Positions 35,052-45,161 of a stretch of DNA of 45,398 nucleotides are shown here, piece by piece. Every line of letters begins with the position of its first letter. Position 1 is the stretch's first letter. The DNA is taken from the IMG/VR virus record IMGVR_UViG_3300044266_000189, positions 1-45,398 of that record; one strand, written 5' to 3'. The notes beneath the pieces were generated by a model. It made no database searches and was not told the DNA's origin. It saw only the letters and a program-made list of their open reading frames with translations. The translations under genes were made by a program, and so were the position numbers. This DNA comes from a virus. Lineage: Duplodnaviria > Caudoviricetes.

Positions 35052-36079
35052 TATTTCTAACATTCTTATGTGCATTAGCACTTTCAGGCATTGCGGCTTG
35101 GTACTCAGTAATTGGTCTAGCGGCCATCTTTACTGGTGCCTTTTGGCCAATCGTTTTGATGGGTTCGGTCTTAGAAGCCAGTAAACTGGTTACTACATCA
35201 TGGTTATATCGTAATTGGAAGACCTGCCCACTTTTATTGAAAACATATTTAACGACTGCTGTTGTTATCTTGATGTTAATTACTTCTATGGGTATTTTTG
35301 GATTCTTGTCCAAATCACACATCGATTCGACACTAGATGCTGGCGCCAACAATGTAGAAGTTAAGACACTCAATCAACAAGAAAAGATTGCCAAAGAACG
35401 ATTGGATTATTTGTTGGCTCGTGCCAAGGATCCATCTACAGCAAGCAATCGTTTAGATAAACAGATTCAAGATACACAAAAAGAATTGAATGACATTAGT
35501 AAGAAGAAGTTACCATTACTAAAAGAATCCAATAAACTGGTAGCTGAAGTTGGACCTATCAAGTATGTTGGTGATATGATTTATGGTACTGATGATGATA
35601 ATGCCATCGATAAAGCAGTTCGTCTGGTAATCATGTTGATTATGGTTGTATTCGATCCATTGGCTGTGTTATTATTGATAGCAGCAAATATGTCGTTGAG
35701 AATGGAAAGAAACCCTGGTAAACCTATTGTGAAAAACGGTGAAGTTGTTGGTTTAACTCCTTCTGATATTCCGGTATTCGTACCTGAGAAAAAAGTGGAA
35801 GAACCTAAACCACCAAAAGAACCTCCAAAAGAAGATAAGGTTGAAGTACAAAAACAAAACATCGTTGAGATAAGAGAAGAACCTCCTATCGTAATTGATG
35901 GTGCTTCGGAAGAAAGTATTCCTCCTCTCACAAGCAAAAGAGAAGTACATCATGCACCTGGTATTTTTAGTGAAGAACATCATGAACCAGAACCGGCTAA
36001 AAAGTTAGAGCCTAAGTATGATTATGATGCTGAGTATGCGTTTAAAGAAAAAGAGAAATTAGATGGTGGTGATTTTTAA
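35048..36079 (+). CDS. Hypothetical membrane protein
   Basis: N-terminal TMs, TSMGIFGFLSK, EVGPIKY, VFDPLAV; Pro/Glu-rich tail. Confidence 0.75.
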   Translation: MIFLTFLCALALSGIAAWYSVIGLAAIFTGAFWPIVLMGSVLEASKLVTTSWLYRNWKTCPLLLKTYLTTAVVILMLITSMGIFGFLSKSHIDSTLDAGANNVEVKTLNQQEKIAKERLDYLLARAKDPSTASNRLDKQIQDTQKELNDISKKKLPLLKESNKLVAEVGPIKYVGDMIYGTDDDNAIDKAVRLVIMLIMVVFDPLAVLLLIAANMSLRMERNPGKPIVKNGEVVGLTPSDIPVFVPEKKVEEPKPPKEPPKEDKVEVQKQNIVEIREEPPIVIDGASEESIPPLTSKREVHHAPGIFSEEHHEPEPAKKLEPKYDYDAEYAFKEKEKLDGGDF

Positions 36080-36090
36080 AGGATGATTAT

Positions 36091-37170
36091 ATGAGTATAT
36101 TAGATAAAATTAAAAAGAATAGTAGTATCAAAGAATCTGCTATTCTTTCCAAATCAAAGTTCTTTACTAGTAAAGATATGATTCCAACTTCTGTGCCAAT
36201 TATTAATGTGGCATTGAGTGGTCGTTTAGATGGTGGTTTAACACCAGGTCTTACAATGTGGGCAGGTCCATCAAAACACTTTAAGACTGCGTTTAGTTTA
36301 TTGATGGCAAAATCTTATTTGGACAAATATCCTGATGCGGCGTTATTATTTTATGATAGTGAGTTTGGTACTCCTCAGTCTTATTTCGATTCTTTTGGTA
36401 TTGACACAGAAAGAGTTTTACATACACCCCTTACTGACATTGAACAGTTAAAGTTTGATGTGATGAACCAGTTGACTAATCTTGAACGTGGTGATAAGTT
36501 GATTATCATTATTGATTCTATTGGTAACTTGGCATCAAAGAAAGAAGTTGAAGATGCTTTGGCAGAAAAGTCTGTTGCAGATATGTCAAGAGCAAAACAA
36601 GTGAAGTCATTATTCCGTATGGTAACTCCACACTTGACCATGAAAGATATTCCAATGATTGTAGTTAATCATACTTACATGGAAATTGGAATGTTCCCTA
36701 AAGCAATCGTTGGTGGTGGCACAGGTTCATACTATTCTGCCGATAACATTTTCATTATTGGTCGTCAACAAGAAAAGGAAGGTACAGAAGTTGTTGGATA
36801 CAATTTTATCATTAATGTTGAGAAGTCTCGATACGTTAAAGAGAAAAGTAAGATACCTGTTACCGTTCGTCACGATGGTGGTATTAGCCGTTGGAGTGGG
36901 TTACTTGACCTCGCTCTTGAATCAGGCCATGTCATCAAACCATCGAACGGGTGGTTCAGTAAGGTGGACCTACAAAGCGGAGTTATAGAAGATAAAAAAT
37001 ACCGTATCAAAGAAACTGATACTTCCGATTTCTGGTTGCCAATTCTAAAACAAAAATCTTTCCAGGATTTCATTCAGAACAAATACCAAATTGCTACTGG
37101 CGGTATCATACAGTCAGATGTAGAAGAAGCCTTTGAAGTGGAAACTACTAACGGAGTGGAAGATGATTGA
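36091..37170 (+). CDS. uvsX: RecA-like recombinase UvsX
   Basis: AGPSKHFKT, FYDSEFG, IDSIGNLASKKE, VGGGTG. Confidence 0.97.
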   Translation: MSILDKIKKNSSIKESAILSKSKFFTSKDMIPTSVPIINVALSGRLDGGLTPGLTMWAGPSKHFKTAFSLLMAKSYLDKYPDAALLFYDSEFGTPQSYFDSFGIDTERVLHTPLTDIEQLKFDVMNQLTNLERGDKLIIIIDSIGNLASKKEVEDALAEKSVADMSRAKQVKSLFRMVTPHLTMKDIPMIVVNHTYMEIGMFPKAIVGGGTGSYYSADNIFIIGRQQEKEGTEVVGYNFIINVEKSRYVKEKSKIPVTVRHDGGISRWSGLLDLALESGHVIKPSNGWFSKVDLQSGVIEDKKYRIKETDTSDFWLPILKQKSFQDFIQNKYQIATGGIIQSDVEEAFEVETTNGVEDD

Positions 37171-37486
37171 AGGTCTTGATTTCTGTTACATCTATCCAAA
37201 AGATGATACACAGGCGGTACATATTCGTTTACTAGAAGGACCTTACAAAGGTACCATTTACAAATATGGTAAGGTAAAGTTTGAAGAAAAAAATGAACAA
37301 GTGTATTTACTTTTTGCTTACGATGTGTTAGAATCACCAGTAGGTAAACCCAAGAAATTGGAAAAAGATGAATCATTCAAGAATTATATTGGTGATTTAT
37401 TGGTTGAAATTATGAGTAGTAATATTGAACAGGAAGTAATTGATGAAGCTGGAACAAGCGATATTAAAGAATCTGATTTACAATGA
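37163..37486 (+). CDS. Hypothetical, gp40-like position
   Basis: Between uvsX and gp41 as T4 gp40; GPYKG.IYKYGKV, F..YIGD.L. Confidence 0.6.
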   Translation: MIEGLDFCYIYPKDDTQAVHIRLLEGPYKGTIYKYGKVKFEEKNEQVYLLFAYDVLESPVGKPKKLEKDESFKNYIGDLLVEIMSSNIEQEVIDEAGTSDIKESDLQ

Positions 37487-38828
37487 GGATTATTTAAGAA
37501 AAGTATTACCATTTTTAAAATCTGATTATTTCTCCGACAGAACGGAGAGGACACTATTCAATGAAATTACATCATTCACGGAAACTTACAATTCTTCACC
37601 ATCGATTGAAGCAATTGGTATTGCCGTCAAAGAAAAGAGTAATCTTACAGATGACGAAGTTAAGGGATGTGAATCGTATCTCCAAGAAATTGAGGCAAAT
37701 GGCAAAGCAGAAACCGAGGTTCAATGGCTTGTTGATAAAACAGAAAAGTTTTGTCAAGAGAAAGCGGTCTACAATGGTGTATTACGGGCTATTTCAATTC
37801 TCGATGGTAAAGACAAAAGCCATGACAAAGGTGCGATTCCCTCTATATTATCGGACGCTTTGGCCGTCTCTTTTGACACAACCGTAGGTCATGATTACTT
37901 AGAAGATAGTGATGACCGATTTGAATTCTATCACAGGAAAGAAGAACGTATTCCATTTGATTTGGACTACTTCAATAAGATTACTAAAGGTGGTCTGCCT
38001 GCTAAGACACTTAATATTGCTTTGGCTGGAACTGGCGTTGGTAAGAGTTTATTCATGTGCCATGTCGCTGCTTCTTGTATGGTACTTGGCAAGAACGTAC
38101 TGTATATCACAATGGAGATGGCAGAAGAAAAGATTGCAGAACGTATTGACGCAAATCTTCTTAATGTAAGTCTTGATGACTTGATGGACCTTCCGAAAGA
38201 TATGTATGATAAGAAGGTTGCCAAAGTTCGTGAAAAGACTTATGGTAAATTAATCATCAAAGAATATCCAACCGCATCTGCTTCTGTAACTCACTTTAGG
38301 ACACTACTCAATGAACTTAATCTTAAACGTAGTTTTAAACCTGATATTATTTTTGTTGATTATCTTAACATCTGTTGTTCTTCTCGTATTAAAGCCGGTG
38401 CTAACATTAATTCATACACCTATGTCAAGTCGATTGCTGAAGAACTTAGAGGTCTTGCAGTTGAGTATAACGTACCTGTTGTTTCTGCCACGCAGACTAC
38501 TCGTTCAGGATTTACAAGTAGCGATCCAGGTCTTGAGGACACCAGTGAATCATTCGGACTCCCAGCCACCGCAGACTTGATGTTTGCTTTGATTTCTTCC
38601 GAAGATTTGGAAGAACTTGGTCAATTAATGGTGAAACAATTGAAGAATCGATATAATGATCCAACATATTACAAACGATTTACAATTGGTGTTGACCGTG
38701 CCAAGATGAGACTATATGATGTTGAACAATCAGCACAACAAGGTATTGCTGATGCCGGTAAAGCACCAGTCGGTGCCTTCAACAAAATTAAACATGAGAA
38801 AAAATCATTTGACGGGTTTAAAGTATGA
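37443..38828 (+). CDS. gp41: Replicative DnaB-like helicase
   Basis: LAGTGVGKSLFMCH, IKEYPT, VDYLNI, SATQTTR, QLKNRY. Confidence 0.97.
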   Translation: MKLEQAILKNLIYNEDYLRKVLPFLKSDYFSDRTERTLFNEITSFTETYNSSPSIEAIGIAVKEKSNLTDDEVKGCESYLQEIEANGKAETEVQWLVDKTEKFCQEKAVYNGVLRAISILDGKDKSHDKGAIPSILSDALAVSFDTTVGHDYLEDSDDRFEFYHRKEERIPFDLDYFNKITKGGLPAKTLNIALAGTGVGKSLFMCHVAASCMVLGKNVLYITMEMAEEKIAERIDANLLNVSLDDLMDLPKDMYDKKVAKVREKTYGKLIIKEYPTASASVTHFRTLLNELNLKRSFKPDIIFVDYLNICCSSRIKAGANINSYTYVKSIAEELRGLAVEYNVPVVSATQTTRSGFTSSDPGLEDTSESFGLPATADLMFALISSEDLEELGQLMVKQLKNRYNDPTYYKRFTIGVDRAKMRLYDVEQSAQQGIADAGKAPVGAFNKIKHEKKSFDGFKV

Positions 38829-39934
38829 TATTAGAAAGAGCTGATGCTCTCCATGTAGCAGAATCTTTTCACGATTACTTTAGTAATATTGGAAGTACCG
38901 AAGAATACATGCGTGATGAGAAGTTAAAAAATTTGGCTGATATGCCAGCTTCTTTATTTCCACCTGAAGATGATTTGTTCTCCGATTTCTCCATGCATCC
39001 TAAAGATATGGACATCGAAGTATCTGAAATACCATCACAACAATTCCAAACATTATTGGACATTACCAGTTCACATATCAATAAAACACCAGTTGGTAAG
39101 AATATACAATTGGTAGCAAAGGAAAAGAACTCAGGAAAGATTCTAGGATTCATTCGTTTAGGTTCACCAGTAATCTATATGAAACCTCGAAATGAACTCT
39201 TGGGGCAAGTTTGGATTCAACAGGAAGATACTGCCAAACGATTCAATGCTTCTACTGTGATGGGTTTTGTAATTGTACCATCTCAACCATTTGGTTTTAA
39301 TTACCTTGGTGGTAAACTTCTATCTGCCATTTGTACCAGTCATACTGTAAGAGAAATTTGTAATAAGAAATATGACATGAATGTTTGCCTGTTTGAAACC
39401 ACCAGTTTGTATGGTTCTACTAAACAGGTATCACAATATGATGGCATGAAACCTTATATTAGATTCCAAGGTCTAACTGAATCGGATATTGTACCAATGA
39501 TGCACGGTGAACGATATACTAATCTAAAGGCTTTTGTGGAAAGTAAAGTTGGAGATTTGTTGGCTGGAGATACGTCAAGTACCAGTAGAAAATTAAGAAC
39601 ATTTACCAAGATGATTGCTCTTACTAAAGCTGCACTTAAAGGTACACCTGAAGGGGAGGCATTCTCTTTAACGATTGAGAACGCCAAAAAGTTGACAGAA
39701 AAGAAAAGATATTATACATCTGATTATGGTTTTAAGAATTCTGTTGATTACATGAACTGTAAAACAGATACTTTGATACCAGGTGAGAATTACCATAAAC
39801 ATGAATTGCCTAATATTATTGAATGGTGGCGAAACAAAGCTATAAATAGATACGAAACCCTTAAAAATGAGGGTAGGTTAAGAACAGAACTTGAAGTATG
39901 GACTTCAGGTAAAGACATTCAAATCATTAGGTAA
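38825..39934 (+). CDS. DUF4338/DruA-like protein, possible GNAT fold (paralog B)
   Basis: GKILGFIRLGSP, IVPSQPFGFNYLGGKLL, ETTSLYG, SQYDG. Confidence 0.6.
   Translation: MILERADALHVAESFHDYFSNIGSTEEYMRDEKLKNLADMPASLFPPEDDLFSDFSMHPKDMDIEVSEIPSQQFQTLLDITSSHINKTPVGKNIQLVAKEKNSGKILGFIRLGSPVIYMKPRNELLGQVWIQQEDTAKRFNASTVMGFVIVPSQPFGFNYLGGKLLSAICTSHTVREICNKKYDMNVCLFETTSLYGSTKQVSQYDGMKPYIRFQGLTESDIVPMMHGERYTNLKAFVESKVGDLLAGDTSSTSRKLRTFTKMIALTKAALKGTPEGEAFSLTIENAKKLTEKKRYYTSDYGFKNSVDYMNCKTDTLIPGENYHKHELPNIIEWWRNKAINRYETLKNEGRLRTELEVWTSGKDIQIIR
39841..39848 (+). promoter_or_regulatory. T4-type late promoter TATAAATA
   Basis: Exact consensus ~90 nt upstream of 39938 ORF. Confidence 0.5.
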
Positions 39935-39937
39935 GAC

Positions 39938-41119
39938 ATGGCCACAAAAATAACCAATGACGGTTTATCTTCAACTGAAAGAACAAGGCGACAAGAATTA
40001 GGTTCAGCTTGGATTTTGCGTAGAGCATTAAAAGACAATCAAAGATATACAAAATGGGAAGATATTACCAAAGATGAAAAATACGATGAGTTAGCAGGTC
40101 GAAAAGGAATATATCCTCAAGTTACTGCTGAATGGTTAAAAGTATTTTTCTTACAACAACAAAAAATGTTGCAAGAATTTTCCAATCCAAAATTTACAGA
40201 ATTTAATAGAGAATATGGATTCATGGAATTCATATCAAATTTAGTTTCAAAAGAATATGGTATTTCAAAAAAAGATACTTGGGATCCTGCTGATATTTGG
40301 TGCATTAAGAACGAAAAAAAAGTAATATCGGATATTCAAAAACTCATAAACAAAAAAGAATTTCCAACTATCGGTGAATTAAATGCCTACTTGAGAACAG
40401 CATTTAAAGAAAGAATCATCGTTGGTATATCTTTAAAAAAGATTTCGGGCAAACAAGCAAAATATGAAGAAGTGAATGTTGATGGTTTTGAATTTCCAGA
40501 AACTAAAAAACCATCTTTTAAGACATCTTATTTAAGAGTTGATTTATCATTGAAGTCCGGAACAAAAGGAAAAACTTCTGCGCCTCAAGCCAAGTATGCA
40601 GATTTTTGGTTAGATAGTGAAGAAGATGGTAAAAAGGTTACATATAAAATTGAAATTGGAGCAACTAGTGGTTCAAAATATACATTTACAAAGTTTGAAT
40701 CCAAATCAACTGCAGCCACAAAAGCTAAACTAGGTAAAGCAAAAGCTGAATATGTAAGACAGTTGTTCAAAGAATATAAAATTCCTATTGCCGAATCTGC
40801 TCTAGACTATCCTAAAGATACAGCAGAATTCTTAGAAAGACAAGAAGAATTTCTAAAGATGTTTAGGCAGATTAAATCAAACAGAAATATAATAACAAAT
40901 GTTTCGACTGAAGAAGAATTTTTACAAAACATGAAAAATTATTTTATGAATATGGAAAAAGGCAAACCAGTAACGGCAAATAATAAGTGCCAGCAACTTG
41001 CTGTATTTGCTGGATTAGCTAAACTTTCAAAAGATAAGTTGGCTGAATTAGGTACAAAAATAGTATTCGCTGGTCAGAAAAAAGGTGAAGAATTTGGACC
41101 TTTTGGAAAATTATATTGA
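39938..41119 (+). CDS. Hypothetical, restriction-endonuclease-like (PD-(D/E)XK) protein
   Basis: QE...DTWDPADIW...IVGISLKK pattern; Lys-rich. Confidence 0.55.
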   Translation: MATKITNDGLSSTERTRRQELGSAWILRRALKDNQRYTKWEDITKDEKYDELAGRKGIYPQVTAEWLKVFFLQQQKMLQEFSNPKFTEFNREYGFMEFISNLVSKEYGISKKDTWDPADIWCIKNEKKVISDIQKLINKKEFPTIGELNAYLRTAFKERIIVGISLKKISGKQAKYEEVNVDGFEFPETKKPSFKTSYLRVDLSLKSGTKGKTSAPQAKYADFWLDSEEDGKKVTYKIEIGATSGSKYTFTKFESKSTAATKAKLGKAKAEYVRQLFKEYKIPIAESALDYPKDTAEFLERQEEFLKMFRQIKSNRNIITNVSTEEEFLQNMKNYFMNMEKGKPVTANNKCQQLAVFAGLAKLSKDKLAELGTKIVFAGQKKGEEFGPFGKLY

Positions 41120-41128
41120 GAATAAATT

Positions 41129-41407
41129 ATGTCATTAATTGATTTTGATAAGTTGGCACAACAGTATGATACAGAAGATGACTTTGGTTTTTCTGCTGTA
41201 TCGGAAGAAGAATACAATTCAGTTATTAACAATACTGCCAAAACAGCAGATGATTACAAGGCTCGTTTAGTTGAAGTTGAAAAGATTATTATTCCTTTTC
41301 TCACCAAGTTACATTCTACTGGAGACAAAGAATACATATATTGGCCTAATAGAACTCCTATTATAGAGAAACAAATAGAAAGAATTTTAAAACTGACAAG
41401 AGATTAA
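41129..41407 (+). CDS. Hypothetical protein
   Basis: DDFGFSAVSE, IIPFL..L, YIYWPNR. Confidence 0.75.
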   Translation: MSLIDFDKLAQQYDTEDDFGFSAVSEEEYNSVINNTAKTADDYKARLVEVEKIIIPFLTKLHSTGDKEYIYWPNRTPIIEKQIERILKLTRD

Positions 41408-41409
41408 TT

Positions 41410-42132
41410 ATGACTGCAACTGTGATTATACCAACAACTGGTTCACCAGATGTTTATAAGGCTATTGAATCTGTATTAAATCAAACATATGATACCAAAT
41501 GTTATATTGTTTGTGATGGACCAGATTATGTTTATGCCGTAAAGAATTTCGTAAAACAATTTGAGAAACATCCAAATTATAAAAATATTGTTGTATGTAA
41601 CTTACCCATCAATGTCGGTGCCAAAGGTTTCTATGGTCACCGTGTCTACGCAGCATTCACTCATCTAATCGATACAGAATATGTCATGTACCTTGACCAA
41701 GATAATTGGTTGGCAGACCGCCATGTACAAACTTGTATTGAAACTATACAGAAACGAAACCTTGATTGGTGTTATTCACTAAGACAAGTACATGATAAAT
41801 CTGGTAACTTTGTTTGCTTTGATGATTGCGAATCATTAGGTAAATGGCAAACATATCATGGTACACATCATATAGATACTAATAGTTATTGCCTTAAAAC
41901 GCCGGTTGCGATATCATTAGCTAGCGCTTGGCATGGCGGTTGGGGACAAGACAGAGTATTTCTACAGGCAGTAACACAACACTATCAAAAGTGGGACTGC
42001 ACAAACGAATACACAACACACTATCGTGTTGATGGTGGTAAAGGTTCTGTTACGGCAGATTTCTTTACCAATGGTAATGAAGTGATGATGAAAAAATATG
42101 ATGGGAAATATCCATGGCGAACAAAAACTTAA
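41410..42132 (+). CDS. GT2-family glycosyltransferase
   Basis: TVIIPT, AIESVLNQTY, IVCDG, YLDQDN. Confidence 0.85.
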   Translation: MTATVIIPTTGSPDVYKAIESVLNQTYDTKCYIVCDGPDYVYAVKNFVKQFEKHPNYKNIVVCNLPINVGAKGFYGHRVYAAFTHLIDTEYVMYLDQDNWLADRHVQTCIETIQKRNLDWCYSLRQVHDKSGNFVCFDDCESLGKWQTYHGTHHIDTNSYCLKTPVAISLASAWHGGWGQDRVFLQAVTQHYQKWDCTNEYTTHYRVDGGKGSVTADFFTNGNEVMMKKYDGKYPWRTKT

Positions 42133-42980
42133 TCATTGGTGGATTCACAAACTACGGCATTAATCAATTAAAACCTTGGGTACTATCAGCAAAAGAAGTT
42201 GCTGGTGATAATGAGGTTGTTCTTGTAACAGGAAACACAACAGACGAAACAGTAGATTGGTTGAGAGACCAAGGTGTTGTTATTGTTCCTATGTTACAAG
42301 TGAATAATGTTCCTATTCATGTGCTTCGTTTCCTATCAATCTATGATTACCTACACAAGTATTGGCAAGAATATAATTATGTGGTCACTACTGATGTCAA
42401 AGATGTTTATTTCCAAGCGGACCCATTTAAAATCTTTGATAACAAATATTACCAAGATAACAATTTTAAACTTGTTGTTGCTTCAGAAGGTTTGAAATAT
42501 AAAGATGAAGCATGGGGTAATGAGAATCTCATGCAAGCTTATGGTCCTTATGTTTATGAACAATTTAAAGATAATGAAATCTTTAACGTTGGAACATTCG
42601 GTGGCGTATCGGAGTATGTTAAAGATATGGTGTTCAACATCTTCACTAATGCAATCAACCGACCAATTCCTATTTGCGACCAAGCCGTATTCAACGTATT
42701 AATCAATACACAACCATTTAAAGATATTGCTTTCTATACACACGATTGGGCTTGTGAGTTGGGAACAGTTATGGATCCGTCTAAGATTGAAGGATTCAGA
42801 CCTAACTTGTTGTTTAGTGAACCAATTTGGAAAGATGGAGAGGTTAGAGTGCCTCCTATGGGTGCAACATTATTCCCTATTGTTCACCAATATGACCGTG
42901 TACCAGAATTGAAGAAATTTGTACAAGAGAAATATGGCCAAGAAGATGATTCACAGGTATTTGTTTATAGGACAACATAA
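42114..42980 (+). CDS. Glycosyltransferase-like (GT-A) protein
   Basis: RF..IY, TDVKDVYFQ.DPF, DQAVFN, IVHQYDR. Confidence 0.75.
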   Translation: MANKNLIIGGFTNYGINQLKPWVLSAKEVAGDNEVVLVTGNTTDETVDWLRDQGVVIVPMLQVNNVPIHVLRFLSIYDYLHKYWQEYNYVVTTDVKDVYFQADPFKIFDNKYYQDNNFKLVVASEGLKYKDEAWGNENLMQAYGPYVYEQFKDNEIFNVGTFGGVSEYVKDMVFNIFTNAINRPIPICDQAVFNVLINTQPFKDIAFYTHDWACELGTVMDPSKIEGFRPNLLFSEPIWKDGEVRVPPMGATLFPIVHQYDRVPELKKFVQEKYGQEDDSQVFVYRTT

Positions 42981-43795
42981 TGAGTAAGATTTCAATTGTA
43001 ACTGCTTTCTACGACATTGGTCGTGGAGGTTGGACACCAGATAAAGGCCTGCCGCATTACCTACAAAGGTCGACAGATACTTACCTAGAACGGTTCAGTC
43101 ACCTATGTAAGTTGGAAAATGATATCACCGTATTCACCTCTGAGGAGTTAAAGTACAAATTAATTGATATCTGTAAAGACCGTATGGACAGAACAAACAT
43201 TGTTCCAATGGATCCTTATGGTTATTTTTCTCCAATGAAAGATTTGATTGCTAAAACTCAAAATGATCCTAAGTTCAAAGACAGAGTTAATCCACAACAG
43301 GTAAGAAATCCAGAATATTGGAATCCTGATTATGTTCTTGTTACAAATCTAAAAGCATACTTTACAAACATGGCGGTAAAATATGACTATGTGAGAAATG
43401 ATATGGTTGCTTGGATTGATTTTGGTTATTGCCGTAGTGAGAAAAATATTCCTGTTAGCAAAGTGTGGGATTATGATTTTGATCCTACAAAAATTCATTT
43501 GTTTAATTACAAAGACTATGATAACAGACCAATAGAACATGCCGTATTGAATAATGATGTTTATATCTTGGGTGCCAAAGTTGTTGCACATAAAAATTTG
43601 TGGCCAAAAATGTCTGACTTGATGACACAATCGTTTCTTGATTTACAAGAGAAAGGTCTAGTCGATGATGACCAAGGCCTTTGGTTACAATCATATATAA
43701 AAGAACCTGAAGCATTTGAATTACATAAAATTCCTGACCATCAGTTTGGGCACGATCCATTTGTATTGTTTAACGAATTTAATAATAAAGTATGA
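42980..43795 (+). CDS. HtrL/YibB (WlaTC)-like glycosyltransferase
   Basis: ISIVTAFYDIGRG, AWIDFGYCR, DDDQ. Confidence 0.75.
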   Translation: MSKISIVTAFYDIGRGGWTPDKGLPHYLQRSTDTYLERFSHLCKLENDITVFTSEELKYKLIDICKDRMDRTNIVPMDPYGYFSPMKDLIAKTQNDPKFKDRVNPQQVRNPEYWNPDYVLVTNLKAYFTNMAVKYDYVRNDMVAWIDFGYCRSEKNIPVSKVWDYDFDPTKIHLFNYKDYDNRPIEHAVLNNDVYILGAKVVAHKNLWPKMSDLMTQSFLDLQEKGLVDDDQGLWLQSYIKEPEAFELHKIPDHQFGHDPFVLFNEFNNKV

Positions 43796-44415
43796 TTGAT
43801 AATTATGAAATGATTGAACCTGGTCATTGGTTTCAAAGTAAACCCACAGGTGAAATAATGAAGTATGATACTAACTACATTCAGTATTATACTACAATGG
43901 ACTTTCGGATGTCCAAACTCCGATTTGATTTACTTTCAAAATATGTAGAATTTAATTCTGTATGCGACTTTGGTTATGGTGACGGAGCATTCTTAAAATA
44001 CTCACACGATAATAATAAAGAATGTTTTGGTCATGATATCTCAGATTATCCTTTACCTGAAGGAATTAAATTCATACCCAATATTGAGGATATTGATGTT
44101 GATGTTATGACCTTCTTTGATTCCATAGAACATCTTCCATTTCCTCATATTCATCTATTTCTAAGTTCAATTAAAACCAAATATGTTATGATATCGTTGC
44201 CTTGGATGCACGAAAGAATGGGTGCTGAATGGTTTAGAACATGGAAACACCGTAAAGAGAATGAACACTTCCACCACTTTGATTCACATGGTCTAATCAG
44301 ATTGGTAGACAAAGCTGGATTCACACCAATTCATATTTGTAATCATGAAGATGAGATCCGTAAATCAGTATCATATCTTCCAAATATCTTAACTATTATT
44401 GCAAAAAAGAGATAA
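43792..44415 (+). CDS. SAM-dependent methyltransferase
   Basis: VCDFGYGDGAFL, GHDIS, FFDSIEH. Confidence 0.8.
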   Translation: MIDNYEMIEPGHWFQSKPTGEIMKYDTNYIQYYTTMDFRMSKLRFDLLSKYVEFNSVCDFGYGDGAFLKYSHDNNKECFGHDISDYPLPEGIKFIPNIEDIDVDVMTFFDSIEHLPFPHIHLFLSSIKTKYVMISLPWMHERMGAEWFRTWKHRKENEHFHHFDSHGLIRLVDKAGFTPIHICNHEDEIRKSVSYLPNILTIIAKKR

Positions 44416-44417
44416 TC

Positions 44418-45161
44418 ATGAGAGTATACCTTAGTTGTACGGCAAATCTAGGAGACTTTTTAAATTCATTTCCTGTTTTGTCTGGTCTACATAAACAATA
44501 TGGAAAATTTGATTTCGTTATCAAAGATGGGTTAAAAAAGTTTAGAGGTATCAAAGAGTTCTTGGTCAATCAAGATATGTTCTCATCCGTTGAGTTTGAT
44601 ACGGATGTCTTTATGTATGGTAATGTCATCAACCTAAGTTCTTGGACCAGAGAGGATCAAAATAATCCTAATCGACCTATCGAGACTTGTCGTTATGAGA
44701 ATTGGTTGAGAGACAACTATCCTAATTTACAGTTTGAAGTTGATGATGATGTTCAAATTTTGGTACCTGAAATGGATATTGAAATTGAAGATACTTATTA
44801 TTGTGGTGACCGTTGGGATGCTCCTGATATTGACACAAGAAGAAAAAGTTCTGTGCTGGCTCATTTGAACGAATTTAAATTCTTATCTTATGAAAATTCA
44901 TTATCAACTAACGCATACATCATTAAGAACTTAAAGAAACCATTTATCACCAACTTTACTGGTGTTGCTGTACTTGCTGACTTACTAAATGTTCCTTCTT
45001 ATGTTGTATGGAAAGCAGAAGATTGGAATCCAGAATTTAGAAAAGGTGATAACTGTTATTGGGACAATGGCAAAGATATCAATAAAGTATTCCAAAAACA
45101 TTTCTATGGAAATCGTAAATCAAAATTAGTACATAATGACGAATTGGAAAGTTTACTGTGA
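44418..45161 (+). CDS. GT9 (heptosyltransferase)-like protein
   Basis: NLGDFLNSFPVL start; FITNFTG.A.LAD..NVP. Confidence 0.55.
   Translation: MRVYLSCTANLGDFLNSFPVLSGLHKQYGKFDFVIKDGLKKFRGIKEFLVNQDMFSSVEFDTDVFMYGNVINLSSWTREDQNNPNRPIETCRYENWLRDNYPNLQFEVDDDVQILVPEMDIEIEDTYYCGDRWDAPDIDTRRKSSVLAHLNEFKFLSYENSLSTNAYIIKNLKKPFITNFTGVAVLADLLNVPSYVVWKAEDWNPEFRKGDNCYWDNGKDINKVFQKHFYGNRKSKLVHNDELESLL

Noticed and set aside
35790-35850. Short PPKE repeat in the membrane protein
   Set aside because: Low-complexity linker duplication, no sign of function.
12-43760. Numerous 60-130 aa antisense or out-of-frame ORFs nested in core genes
   Set aside because: Shadow ORFs of well-supported genes, without SD or recognisable motifs.
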